From contig NC_086097.1 in the NCBI RefSeq assembly GCF_963921235.1, positions 163,620,001 through 163,684,000 on the forward strand: a stretch of DNA of 64,000 nt, written 5' to 3'. Positions 25,990 through 39,120 of this stretch are shown here, piece after piece; within the stretch, counting starts at the first letter, position 1, and each line of letters opens with the position of its first letter. The notes under the pieces were generated by a model. The model had not been told where the DNA came from. It saw only the letters and a program-made list of their open reading frames with translations, and did no database searches. The position numbers and the translations under genes were made by a program. The stretch is from Mobula hypostoma (taxonomy: Eukaryota).

Positions 25990-26972
25990 CATGAGTGATT
26001 CTGCAGATGCTGGAAATTTTGAGCAACACAGACAAACTGCTTAATGATCTCAGCAGGTTTATGGAAGGAAATGAACAGTCTATGGTTTGGGCTGAAACCC
26101 TTTATCGGGACTGGAAAGGAAGGGGACTGAAGCCAGAATAAGAGCTGGGTGTAGGGGGAGGAGCAGAAGCTGGCAGGCCAAGCACACCTCTCTCTCCCCC
26201 CACCCCCACCACTTCCCATTTTCTGCAGGGTTCGCTTGTCCATTCATCCCTCCCCACTGATCTCCCTCCAGTTACTTATCCTTTCAAGTGGAACAGGTGT
26301 CATACCTTCCCTTACACGTCCTTCCTCACAACCATTCAAGGCACCAAGCAGTCTTTCCAGGTGAGGTGCCACTTCACCAGTGAGTCTGTTGGGGTCATCT
26401 ACGGTATCTGGTGCTCCCGATGTGGCCTCCTGTATATTGGTGAGACCTGACATAGATTGGGTCAGCCCATGGTCTCTTCTACTGCCACGATGAGGCCACA
26501 CTCAGGGTAGAAGAGCAACATCTTGTATTCTGTCTGGGTAGCTTCCAACCTGACGGCATCAACATCGATTTCTTGAACTTCCAGTAATTGCCTCCCCCTT
26601 TCCCTTCACCATAACCCCCTTCCCATTTCCCTCTCTCACTTTATCTCCTTACCTGCCCATCACCTCCCTCTGGTGCTCCTCCCCCTTCCCTTTCTTCCAT
26701 GTTCTTCTACCCACTCCTATTAGATTCCCCCTTCTCCAGCCCTTTATCTCCTTCACCAATCAACTTCCCAGCTTTTCACTGCATCCACTGCCCCCTCTCA
26801 TTTTCACCTATCATCTACCACCTCGTACAACTTCCTCCCCTCCCCCCACCTTTTTGTTCTATCTTCTCAACGTTTTTTCCAGTCTTGATGAAGGGTCTTG
26901 GCCCAAAACAGCGACTGTTTACTCTTTTCCAAAGCTGCTGCTTGGTTCCATAGTTCCTCCAGCATTTTGCGT
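25990..26972 (+). mobile_element. Older Penelope-like element: inverted pLTR piece followed by degenerate GIY-YIG region and 3' UTR
   Basis: caggtgaggtgccacttcaccagtgagtctgttggggtcatctac (HFT.ES.GVIY), tatattggtgagacc (YIGET), cctgacggcatcaacatcgatttc; degenerate hammerheads near 26087 (-) and 26881 (+). Confidence 0.8.
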
Positions 26973-29900
26973 TGCAGATGATAGGTGAAACCAGGTGAGG
27001 GGGAAGGTGGGTGGGTGGGAGCAGGAGATGATATGAGATGCTGCGATTTTCCTCAGCCCTAAACCTATAGGGCTGATGTTTGTCCTTTCCTCAGTTACCT
27101 CAGTTAATCTAACCACCCCGAAGTAATGCTGTAAGGATCTCCCTGTGGCTAAATGCAGAATTGCATAGAGGAAATATTGGAAGAAATTTTTAACCACCCT
27201 CACCCTTAATCACTGCTCGCTCCCAAACAGTTGGGTTTGGGTGAATGGGCTGTTGCATTATTCAAGGGCAGTCACTTTTCAACAATGAGTCCTGTTTCTT
27301 GATTTTACACAAGACTCCTCAGGATGGTATATATGTTTCAGTCGAAGCTTCACTCACTCTCCTAAACTCTAGCCGATGCAAGCCTAGACTGTCCAACCTT
27401 CCCTCATAAGACAACTCTCCCATTCGAAGTAAACCTTTTCTAAAGGGCCTTATGTGCATTTATATCCTTCCCTAAATACAGAGACTAATACTGTACACAG
27501 TACTCTGGGCATAATCTCACCAATATCCAGAATTCTGTATTCACTTTCTCTCATTTAAAAAAAATCACATTCTGTTAACCTTTCCCATTATTTTCTTTAC
27601 CTACATTTGAGCTTTTCAGGAATTCTGAATCAGAGCACTCAGGTCCTCCCAATTCTGTAATCTCTTACTGTATTGTGTAATATGTTTTACTTGCCAAATG
27701 ATCAGTTTCACTTGTTTTCATTTTAAATTCCATTTGTCAGAGTTTTCCCTCTCACTTAGCCTATGTCAGTTTATAGCCTTTGTTTTCTATCCATCTTGTG
27801 CCTTTAGTAAATTAAACAAGCATATCTTTTTTGCCTTCATCAAAGTTATTTATATTTGTTACAATAGGCTGTCAGAATATTTTTCTTAGGGTAGAAATGC
27901 CGAGCAGTAAAGAACATGAAGCTAGGGTGAGCTAGGGAAGTTTTGTACATTGGGGGAGGTAGGTGCCTGGATCAGGCTGCCAGGGAGTGAGGGAAGCTGA
28001 TACAATAATGGTGTTAGATACACAGCTGGATATGCAGGGAATGGAGTGATATGGATCGATCATGCACAGGAAGACATAAATTAGTTTATTTAGGCATTAT
28101 GTACAGTGCGGACATTGTGGGTCAAAGGACTTGTACTGTATTGTTCTACTTTGTAAATAGATGATGCCCCTTTGACAGGTACACCTTGGCAATCAGAAAA
28201 CGATCGACTTATATCTACTGTCTATTTCTGATATCCAACCAATCTCCTATGCACACCAAAGGATTACCTTCATGATTCTCTATATTTTCCACAATGACCT
28301 TCAATGTGAGACCTTATCGAATACTATCTGGAAGTCCAATTACATTCCACCTTTGGCTCCCCTATATCCACATGATATGGCACTTCTTCAGAGTATTACA
28401 GTAAATTGGTTGATCATGATATCTCTTTAATCAAACCTTATTTACTCTGCCCAATTACCTTGAATTTTATGGAGTGTCCAACTGTAAACTCTTGCATACA
28501 AATCTGTTACTTAACTCACTACTTAAGAGACGTTAAGATATCTAGCTATAGTTTCTTGTGTTATCCCTTTTCTTTTTTGAATAAAGGAAATCAATTTATT
28601 ATTTTCCAACCAATTAGAACCAACTAACATCCCCTCTGCCATCTGATTTCTGAGTGGAAGTTGAATCCATGAACACCACCTCACTACTTTTTAAAATTTT
28701 AATCTGTGCAATACTTATTTAATTTGACTATTTAATATATATAGTATATATTTACTGTAATTCAGTTTTTTTCTCTATTATTATGTATTGCATTGTACTG
28801 CTGCCGTAAAGACAAATTTCACAACATATGCTGGTGATTTTAAACCTGATTCTGACTCTGACCCACCCAGAATCTAGGAATTATGGAAAATGAATGCCAA
28901 TGCATCATCGGTTTAATTTTAAAGGCAGTTTGGCTGTTGCCCTTGCCAATTAGGCCACAGTCCCCCAAAATAAATGATTTAAATATTAGTGTAAAGGTTG
29001 TTTTATTAAAGTTATCAGAACAATGACATTTGATTTTGCTTTCTCTGAAATAGGAAAGATGAAGAAATTGTAATCTGCTTCCTGGTTAATACAAAAACAG
29101 TAGTCCTACAACATAACAAAGGCTAAAATTTAACTTGCTGTGGAGGAATTTAATCTCATAACTTCAATTTAAAATCTAACATTCCTAAAGTAAAGAAAGG
29201 GACAACTGCAAACTAGGTTTGAATGACAGACTTCATCCCATTTACTTCTACATCTATTGCTGAGCCTAGCACTGTTGTTTGCACTTACACAGTCACCTCC
29301 CTGGTAGAAATCAGAAGGTATTTTCTAGACATGCACTGCATAAATCTTCAGCTGGAGAGCTGCCATATATTCTTATTTCTGCAAGGGTATTAATGGCAAA
29401 AAACATGGCCTGTGGATATAGTGAGTAATAGCTGATCAAAGGTGAAAATAAGGCCACAAAAAGCTATTAACCTGCCAGAACATTATATTTTTCAACATGA
29501 GCTTGAGGTCAAATCTCTGGCTGTTAAACCTCGCTTCTTAGTTCCAGGCTGCTGCTGCAATTTATTAATACTGGCTTTTTTTATTGTTGTGTTAACACCC
29601 TGCAGTTTGCTAACTTTTATGGATCTAGCAATTCCACAAATAACACGATTAACAAGTTTACAGAGGTGAGTGGCGACACGTAATTAGAACACTGTGCCCC
29701 TTGATGTTAACTGGTTTTATCACAAGCAAGCTTACTGGCAGTTGAAAATAAACCAGGGTTATTTCTTCCGTTAATTGATGAATTTACTTCCCAGAAGTAC
29801 TAGTATGATGATCAACACTGCATAAAAGTAAATGTGGGAGGATTTAATAACTCATGGAATCCTGGAATAGTTCTGGAACAAGATCACTAAGTCCACTGAT

Positions 29901-31167
29901 TCCACAATGACCCCTGGTAGAGCAATCCCTTTGGTTCAGTTCCCTGTTCTTTAACCATTACCTCGCAAGCTGTTCTCTCTCAATTCTTATCGAATTTCTT
30001 TTTCAACCTAGTGACTGATTCTGTTCAAAACAACTTTACAGGTAGACAATTCCACATCTTTGTTAATCTCTGATTTTTTTCCTATATTCCCTTTGTCTCT
30101 TGGCCAGAATCTGTGTCCCCAGTCCTTGAGACTACTGCTGATGGGAGGTGTTTTCCTTTAGTTACCCCATCTATCCTATTCACCAGTATCTAACTGATTT
30201 TCCATCTTCTTTACTCCAAGGAGAAGTTTCTCCAGAGTGACTTTAATTGTTGAAATTCCTCACCCCTTTAATTCTTGGGAAAAAAAACTGACATTGGATA
30301 TCTGAAATTAAAGCAGAAAATATTGGAAATATTCAGTAAATCATTTTTGGAAAGAGGTGAAGGGGATGTTTCAGATCTGAAATTCTTCGGACCTGAGACC
30401 TTAACTCTCATTTTTGACAGATATTTGATGAATGTTTCCAGCACGATCTGTTTCTTTGTCTCATTCCTGGAGCTATTCTGGTAATTTTTTCTTTCATTAT
30501 CGCACCCATCCTAGAGGGCTGCATCGAACATAGAACAGGAGAGCACAGGAACAGGGCCTTCAGAACATTAGCTAATTAAGCTAATAATGCCTAATCAAAT
30601 TAATCCATTCTGTCTTCACATGATCTGTATTCAAGTGTCTGTCTTATCTGCCTCCACCACACTTCCTGACAGTGCATTCCATGGACCGATCACTCTCTGT
30701 GTAAAACTAAACTTGCCCTGCACATTTCCTTTGTACTCCTCCCCCCCGCAACTTAAATGCATGTTGTCTAGTATTAAATGTTTCAACGCTGGGGAAAAAT
30801 GTTATACACTGGAAGTCAAAAATGTTTCCTTTGAGCCCAGAGATAAATGCAACAGTCCAAATGAGTCTTGACCATTATCTCTATAGAAGCATAAACACAA
30901 CTTTCATTTTAACTTGCTTTCATGGAGGAATTAATGTTTCCTTCTGAATGTGATGTCATCCATCTTTTAGTCTAAAATTCAAGCTGCGGTTCATGAGTAA
31001 CCTGGAGAGGATGCAACAGCTGACTGATAAGGTTGCTAAATATTTTCCCAAGAAGATTTGAGCTAACAAAAGAGTGGTTATGCTCACAATTTGTCTTCCT
31101 GCTCTGGCAGTTTGGATTCCACACTAATCTCACTTTTCAATAAGCCATTCCTGCCTGTTTCTCCAAG

Positions 31168-31358
31168 GAGGCCAGGCAGCATCTGTAGGAAGAGGTGCAG
31201 TCGACGTTTCAGGCCGAGACCCTTCGTCTCGTCCTGACGAAGGGTCTCAACCCGAAACGTCGACTGCACCTCTTCCTACAGATGCTGCCTGGCCTGCTGC
31301 GTTCACCAGCAACTTTGATGTGTGTTGCTTGAATTTCCAGCATCTGCAGAATTCCTGT
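31168..31358 (+). mobile_element. Miniature Penelope-like fold-back (hammerhead plus 3' tail only)
   Basis: 31169-31228 is inverted relative to 31236-31295; TSD tgtttctccaag at 31156-31167 and 31359-31370. Confidence 0.9.
31231..31264 (+). ncRNA. Minimal type I hammerhead ribozyme, intact core
   Basis: gtc-CTGACGA-agggtctcaaccc-GAAAC-GTC-gac. Confidence 0.7.
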
Positions 31359-32258
31359 TGTTTCTCCAAGAGGCTGATTTATCAGAGTGATTTAAGTCTG
31401 TTGCATCTCCACCAGGTTCCTGTAAAAAAATCACAGAACCCTGAATTGCATCTCAAGCTCTGAACTCCTAAGATATGTAAGATATGGAACTCAGATTCTT
31501 CAGGGTTTGGAAAAAAAAGTATTATTTTCCCAAAAGAATTGCCAGGATCTAGTAATTCGGGCATTAAAAAAAAACTAAATGTTTTTTTCAGGGAATAGCA
31601 TGTTGTAATTTCCTAAATGCATTCAAAAAATTAATCTTTTGTTAACAGAACTGTAGAAAGTGAAGTATTTGATATTGGTGCCAGAGGTTACAAAGTCTTG
31701 GTGATCACAGACTGATTACCATGTACTGTCGTCTCTCAACAGTGCTCCTTCATACCGAGTGACTCATAGAAGGAGCACTGAAAGGGTTCAGGATGTATAC
31801 CCAGCAATGAACTTCAATGTCCAAAGTTAAAGTCAGGTTTATTGTCATATGCACAGGTGCAATGACAATCTAACTTGCATTAGCATCATGGGCACATAGC
31901 AACTTATAAGCAGCATTCACAAGAAAATCATTAATTAAATATGTTATATACGTTTGTACAATATTTACAAGAAAGAACACAATTAGAAAAAATAATCCTT
32001 TTTAGTGCAAAGTAATCGAAGTGGTCATAGTGTTGCTAAACTGTAGTGATTAAGATTATGATGGTTGGTGCAAGAAGTTAATGGTTGAAGGCAAGTAACT
32101 GTTTTTGAACCTGGTGGTGTAAGGTTTCTGTACCTCCTGCCCAATGCTAGCTGTAAGAGCAAACAACAGGAATTCTGCAGATGCTGGAAATTCAAGCAAC
32201 ACACACAAAAGTTGCTGGTGAACGCAGCAGGCCAGGCAGCATCTCTAGGAAGAGGTGC

Positions 32259-32294
32259 AGTCGACGTTTCAGGCCGAGACCCTTCGTCAGGACT
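32259..32294 (-). ncRNA. Minimal hammerhead ribozyme in the PLE 3' repeat (same sense as the PLE ORF)
   Basis: Reverse complement reads agtc-CTGACGA-agggtctcggcct-GAAAC-GTC-gact. Confidence 0.75.
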
Positions 32295-32587
32295 AACTGA
32301 AGGAAGAGTGAGTAAGGGATTTGAAAGTTGGAGGGGGAGGGGGAGATCCAAAATGATAGGAGAAGACAGGAGGGGGAGGGATGGAGCCAAGAGCTGGACA
32401 GGTGATAGGCAAAAGGGATACGAGAGGATCATGGGACAGGAGGTCCGGGAAGAAAGACAAGGGGGGGGGGACCCAGAGGATGGGCAAGGGGTATATTCAG
32501 AGGGACAGAGGGAGAAAAAGGAGAGTGAGAGAAAGAATGTGTGTATAAAAATAAGTAACAGATGGGGTACGAGGGGGAGGTGGGGCA

Positions 32588-33730
32588 TTAGCGGAAGTTA
32601 GAGAAGTCGATGTTCATGCCATCAGGTTGGAGGCTACCCAGACGGAATATAAGGTGTTGTTCCTCCAACCTGAGTGTGGCTTCATCTTTACAGTAGAGGA
32701 GGCCGTGGATAGACATGTCAGAATGGGAATGGGATGTGGAATTAAAATGTGTGGCCACTGGGAGATCCTGCTTTCTCTGGCGGACAGAGCGTAGATGTTC
32801 AGCAAAGCGGTCTCCCAGTCTGCGTCGGGTCTCGCCGATATATAAAAGGCCACATCGGGAGCACCATACGCAGTATATCACCCCAGTCGACTCACAGGTG
32901 AAGTGTTGCCTCACCTGGAAGGACTGTTTGGGGCCCTGAATGGTGGTAAGGGAGGAAGTGTAAGGGCATGTGTAGCACTTGTTCCACTTACACGGATAAG
33001 TGCCAGGAGGGAGATCAGTGGGGAGGGATGGGGGGGACGAATGGACAAGGGAGTTGCGTAGGGAGCGATCCCTGCGGAATGCAGAGAGAGGGGAGGAGGG
33101 AAAGATGTGCTTAGTGGTGAGATCCCGTTGGAGGTGGCGGAAGTTACGGAGAATAATATGTTGGACCCGGAGGCTGGTGAGGTGGTAGGTGAGGACCAGG
33201 GGTGGCGGGAGGATGAAGTGAGAGCAGATGTACGTGAAATGGGGGAGATGCGTTTAAGAGCAGAGTTGATAGTGGAGGAAGGGAAGCCCCTTTCTTTAAA
33301 AAAAGGAAGACATCTCCCTCGTCCTAGAATGAAAAGCCTCATCCTGAGAGCAGATGCGGCGGAGACGGAGGAATTGCGAGAAGGGGATGGCGTTTTTGCA
33401 AGAGACAGGGTGAGAAGAGGAATAGTCCAGATAGCTGTGAGAGTCAGTAGGCTTATAGTAGACATCAGTGGATAAGCTGTCTCCAGAGACAGAGACAGAA
33501 AGATCTAGAAAGGGGAGGGAGGTGTCGGAAATGGACCAGGTAAACTTGAGGGCAGGGTGAAAGTTGGAGGCAAAGTTAATAAAGTCAACGAGTTCTGCAT
33601 GCGTGCAGGAAGCAGCGCCAATGCAGTCGTCGATGTAGCGAAGGAAAAGTGGTGGACAGATACCAGAATAGGCACGGAACATAGATTGTTCCACAAAGCC
33701 AACAAAAAGGCAGGCATAGCTAGGACCCAT
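32588..33730 (-). pseudogene. Frameshifted PLE RT/GIY-YIG coding remnant
   Basis: ORFs 33296-33730 (RT), part of 32911-33465 (linker) and 32588-32914 (GIY-YIG) lie in different frames. Confidence 0.9.
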
Positions 33731-33957
33731 ACGGTTCTTTCAATAGTACATCTGTAGAAGTGTGTTAGAATGTTCAGTTACAAACTGAACCTCTCCTTAA
33801 TCTTCTAAAGGAGTTAAGACACTGGTGCACCTTGACTTCCTAGACCTAGACTGGCTCAACAGCATCTCTAACACAGAGATGGCTGCAAAGCAAACCTACC
33901 AGAGTGGTTCCACTGCAACCAGTAGCCAGCATAGATCTGATGTTCCTTTGCCTTTTA

Positions 33958-34514
33958 CACTTAGTGGCCACTTTATTAGTTATACCTGTACTCCTCATTG
34001 ATACAAATATCTAATTAGCTAATCATATGGCAGCAACTCAAAGCATAAAAGAATGCAGACATGGTCAAGCAGTTCAGTTGCTGTTCAGACCAAATATCAG
34101 AATGGAGAAGAAATGTGATGTATGTAACTTTGACCGTGGAATGCTTGTTGATATCAGACAGGGTCATTTGAATATCTCTGAAAGTGCTCATCTCCTGGGA
34201 TTTTCATGCACAACAGTCTCTAGAGTTTGCAGAGAATGGTGTGAAAAATAAAAAAAAACAGACACTAAGTGGCGATTCTGTGAACAAAAATGCCTTGTTA
34301 ATGAGAGAGATTAGAGGAGAATGGCCAAACTGGTTCAAGTTGACAGGAAGTCAAATAACCATGCATTACAACACTGTTTAGAAGAGCTTCCTTGAATACA
34401 CAAACGTCAGTCCTTGAAGTGGAGGGGCTAAAGCCGCAGAAGATGAAACATACTCTCAGTGGCCGCTTTATTCGGCACAGGACGTACTTTATTTTGTAAA
34501 GTGGCCACTGAGTG
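33958..34514 (+). mobile_element. Non-autonomous Tc1-like DNA transposon
   Basis: TIR cacttagtggccacttta / taaagtggccactgagtg, TA on both flanks; N-terminal HTH remnant FDRGMLVD..ISESAHLLGFSCTTVSRVCREW. Confidence 0.9.
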
Positions 34515-35279
34515 TATGTCATAAGGAAAATGGAACAAGAACAAAGGGGGAAACAAGCCTGTTTGAAATTGCTTGATCAAGCTACCCACAGCAATTGCAT
34601 CTTCCAAGGCAATACTGGTAGGAAACTGTAAGGAACAGTCGTCATGGAGAAGCTTGTTCTCTAGTCTTAACACAATGTACAAAATGGGAGAGAGTCATAA
34701 CAGGGCTTATAGTTTAAGACAGGGCCACAGCTGAATTATATGTGAAATCATGTCATGCAGAGCCCCATTTTACCAAGGGAAGGAACTGGCTCTGGGTAAA
34801 TGAAGAGTATCGGAGGACATACTGGAAGCAGCAGCAGACATTGGAGTCAGAGTCACACAGTGTGGAATCAGGCCTTTTGTTCCATCAAGCTTGCCCATTA
34901 CATCAATCCCACATTGTTGGAGCTCAGTGCACAGAGACAAAGGCAAGATTGAAGCCGTGGGGTTAAAAGTGGCGAGAGATTTCCATTATCACAGAATCTT
35001 GCAACCAGCTGATTCAGTTCGCTTCATGTAATATCATAGGCTGCTGGGGGCACTGGATACAGCAAAGACCAAGCAGTCAAATAAAATGACTTTGATGTGA
35101 CTCCCAACTTTTGGTTCCGCACTGTCACATGTATTGTGATGCCAACTCTCAGTTAAGATTTAACCTAAAGCTGATTCACATCGATGGAGGTTCCATTTCA
35201 AGACCTCACTGTGTTCTGACAGAAGTCTGTTCTTCCAGTTGCTGCTTGTGGATTCTTCCCTTGTAAAAGTTGTATTCTT

Positions 35280-35920
35280 TCAGCACAGTTCAACAGGGTG
35301 GTGAAGAGGGCTTATTGGTTGGGTCACTGAGTATAAATGTGAGAGATCTTGTTACAGCTATGCAAGACGTTAGTGAGACAGTACTATGAGTACCGTGTGC
35401 TTTCTCACTAACATCTCTCTCTGGAGTAACACAACGTCCCAGATATAGGAAGGATGTCATTAAGCCAGAGAGGTTAAAGATTCACAAGGAGCTCCCAGGT
35501 CTGGAGGGCTTGAGTTGTTAAGGAGGGTCTGAATAAGTAGGGACTGTTTTCCCTGGAGTGGAGGAGGCTGAGGAATGCTTTTAAAGAGGCTTATAAAAAT
35601 ATGAGGGGCATAGAATGGGTGGATAGTCCTTTTCCCAAGCTTGGAGAGTTGAGTCAAAAACTAGAGGGAATAGCTTTAGGTTAGAGGGGAAAGATTTAAA
35701 GGGTAACTGAGGGTAAGGGAGTTAAGTATATAGAAAGAGTAGCCAGAGGAAGTGGTACAGTAACAACAGTTAAAAGACATTTGGACAGGTACATGGATAA
35801 GGAACGTTTAGAGGAATGAGGGCCAAATGTAGGAAAATGGGACCTGCTCAGGTAGGTAACTTGATTGGCATGGAAAAGTTGAGCCAAAGGGCCAGATTCT
35901 ATAGTGTATATATAACTCTA
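35280..35920 (+). mobile_element. CR1 LINE 3' fragment
   Basis: Degenerate ORF2 C-terminus and CR1 3' UTR (tttaaaagacatttggacaggtacatggata-like). Confidence 0.65.
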
Positions 35921-36344
35921 CAACTCTGTGATGTTGTCAGAAACCAGCAACACTTCAAATGTAGTTCATGGGCTATTAGATGGAGCTGCAGTTTCCAAAA
36001 TCACGGTGTGACTAATCAACCAGAAAAATCACTGTGAAGTCTTCAGTCATACGAATAAATTTGCAACGAGCTGAGAAAGAAGCCTGAGGAAAGTATGTGA
36101 GAAACCATCTGCAATGTTGCAGAAAGGCATAACCTTTACACCTGTCCCAAAATATGAAACAGGATTGTACCCATCGTGCAGAGGGTGAACAAGAGCTTCT
36201 CAGCCTTGTCATTAAATCTCTTTGTGACTTCACCATTTCTTATTTTGCCGCTATTCCTGACTCTTGCATATCCTCATCTTCCCCCTCATCCCAAACACCC
36301 CTCAACATCTGCCTTGTATCTCTTTTTGATGCTTTTGATGGTTC

Positions 36345-36770
36345 TGAGCCTGTTCTTGCTGGAGTTTAGAAGAATGAGGGGGAATTTCATTGAAACCTAT
36401 TGAATATTGAAAGGCTTAGACAAAATAGATGTGGAGAAGATGTTTCCTATAGTGGGGGAGACTAGGACCAGAGGGCACAGCTTCTGCATACTAGGATGTC
36501 CCTTCAGAACAAAGATGAAGAGAAATTTCTTTAGTTAGTGGGTGATGAATCTGTGGAATTCATTGCTGTGGATGGCCATGGAGACTGTTATTGGGTATAT
36601 TTAAAGCAGAGTTGATGGATTCTTGATTTAGTAAGACTGTCAAAGGTTACAGGGAGAAGGCTGGAGAATGGGGTTGAGAGGGATAATAAATCAGCTATGA
36701 TGGAATGGCGGACGAGATTCAGTTGGCCAAATGGCCTAATTCTGCTCTTGTTTCTTATGATCTTATGGTC
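36345..36770 (+). mobile_element. CR1 LINE 3' fragment
   Basis: LEFRRMRGNFIETY; tail ggcctaattctgctcttgtttcttatgatcttatg. Confidence 0.75.
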
Positions 36771-37629
36771 TTCTTCCAATCATTATGGCCTCCAATCCTC
36801 TCTCCCTAAAGGGTCATGCCTATTTCTGTTGAATAATATTTCTGGCATACGTTTCCACAGAAAAGTCCCTGTATAAGTGCAGGCTGTTTTTCAACCCATA
36901 TAGCTATCAATGCATTACAAGGACATAAGCCAATTTATTGGTTCAAGTCATGTGAGAATGAGAAAAGAACTGTTTGTCTGATGAATTGGAAACTGGATTT
37001 CTGCCTCTTTAATAGGCTTCACATTAGCTTCATGATGTTTATATATTTTGAAGTTTTTCTCTCCAAGTCCTTTCTTTTCCTTTTCTCAGAGTGCCGCCCA
37101 CATGCTGGGGTGTAATTTCACAGTTGCTGGGCAGCCTTGAGAGGGTTACTGGTGATTCTTGATGCATCAACTTAGAAAATTAATATTGACCTGCTCTCCT
37201 CCCACTAATGAATGAAGCCAATACTACCTTCACTTTGCATCCATCTTCAAATCTCTTGCAGGAGATAACTAGAAACCAGTCTCATCCTCTTCCTTTAAAG
37301 GCACTGAAAAAAAGTTGTGTCTTGAATTTCTGCCATCACACCATAGTTTCTTAACTACCAAGGCATGAAAAACAATAGTCTTCTATAGTTGCATCAGTAC
37401 TTTGATAGCTACTGCTTTGTTCAATGTGACTTTACATTTTATAAAAGTGGAAGCTCATAGGTCTTTAAGTAAATATTCATTATTCCTTCTGAATTGTATA
37501 ATGACAGATGCTGGTCAATGTGCATCATACAAGGTGAAATGTTTATGCTCGTAATATATGATACTTTTACTTTTAAGTTATCGCAGGGTTGTAATAGAAA
37601 TATATATTTGAAAATTTATTTGGCTTTGT

Positions 37630-37935
37630 GGAACAGCTGTTTTGGTGTGTCAGGTCTGAGCTCAATCCTGACCTTGCATTCTCTCTGCTTGCAGTTTGCA
37701 TGCACCCCTTGAGACTGTCTGGGTTTCTGCTGAGTGCTCCAACATCCCAGAGACATGTGGGTGTGGTACGTTAATTGACCACTGTCAATTTTGTCTTGTG
37801 CATAAGTTAGTGATAGGATCTGGGAGAGTTGATGAGAATGTGGGGAGAGCAGAATGGGATTAATATAGGATTAATGTACATGGTCAATGTGGACTTGATG
37901 GGCCACAATGCCCCCCTCTGTGCTGTATCTCTCTC
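37630..37935 (+). mobile_element. tRNA-derived SINE (HE1/V-SINE-like), old
   Basis: gtttgcatg..gggtttctgctgagtgctcc..ttaattgaccactgt..gggccacaatg..tgtgctgtatctctc. Confidence 0.55.
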
Positions 37936-38394
37936 TGATTCAGATTCAAATTCATTCATTTATCACTTGCACATCGAACCATACAGGGAAATACATCATT
38001 TGTGTTAACATACAGCACAACCCAAGGATATGTTTGGGGTAGTCTTCAAGTGTCGTCATGTATTCTCATGCCAATGTAGCATGCTCACAACATTCAGCAG
38101 ACCAACACAAATCACTGCAATGATGACAACAGCAACAAAACAGCAGCAGCAAAACAAGCCCCTTTTCATACACACAGTCAGGCCTCCAAACACAGGACAA
38201 GGCACCTCCAGGGTCCTTGGCTCTGGACTCTCCAGCTTCTGGACACCATCTTGAACTGGAAGTGAGATGACCTTTGCACTATGATAGTTGACTCTAATGA
38301 CTGTCCTTTCAGATGTTATACTTGTTTAGCACCTGTTCAAGTAAACTGCGTTAGGTTTATTGCCATACAGATAAGTTCAAACTCTTCTGCAAGA

Positions 38395-38630
38395 ACAATT
38401 ATGACCAGATAATCCATTTTTAGTGATGCTGGTTGAGCATTAAATATTGGCTAAGGCACATGCTCTTTGAACTCTCACTCTAGCAATCTTTCATATTCAG
38501 CCCAGAACACAGACAGGGTCTGATCTGCACAGGAGCAACAGCCGAGATTTTGGTGGTCATATCTCTGGAATAGGGCTTGAAACCACAAACATCAGAGTAA
38601 TGAAGAGAGACTGCTATATACTGAACCAAA
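38395..38630 (-). mobile_element. Ancient Deu-domain SINE (DeuSINE-like) remnant
   Basis: gaccagataatccatttttagtgatgctggttgagcattaaatattggc resembles the reverse-complement Deu domain; ggcttgaaacc resembles an antisense B box; recalled similarity only. Confidence 0.5.
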
Positions 38631-38777
38631 GCTAGAGGTGATGCTGCAACTGGGTGTGCATTGGTAACTCTGTAGGTGTGTTCCCCGACACGATTGTGAC
38701 AATCCTGGAATTGGAGACTGAGGGGTAACCTTGTGGGGAGGGAGGGAGAGAGAGAGAGAGAGAGATAAAAAAAAAAT

Positions 38778-39120
38778 CATGAGTACCATAGATAAGGTGG
38801 ATGGACATAGTGTTTTTCACAGGACAAGGGGAGTCTAAAACTAGAGGACACAGGTTTAAGATGAGAGGGAAAAGATTTAAAAGGCATTTAGGGACAACTT
38901 TTTCACACAATAGGTAATGTAGATATGGAACGAGCTGCCAGAAGAGATGGTAGGGGCTGATACATTGACAAAGTTTAAAAGATATTTAGACAAATGCTTG
39001 GATAGAAAAGGACTATAGATATGGGCCAAATGCAGGCATATGGGACTTGTTTGAATAGTCATTATTTGTTGGTAAAGACAAATCGGTCCAAAGGGCCAGT
39101 TCCTGCACTATCCAACTCTG
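38778..39120 (+). mobile_element. CR1 LINE 3' fragment
   Basis: ctagaggacacaggtttaagatgagaggg..ttttcacacaatagg..tggaacgagctgccag. Confidence 0.7.

Larger units (their letters stand above)
32161..33730 (-). mobile_element. 5'-truncated Penelope-like retroelement (RT C-terminal half, GIY-YIG endonuclease, 3' pLTR), inserted in a Rex1-like fragment
   Basis: RT MGPSYACLFVG..FLRYIDDC..LPFLDL..VYYKPTD; GIY-YIG GVIYCVWCSRCGLLYIGETRRRLGDRFAEH. Confidence 0.95.
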
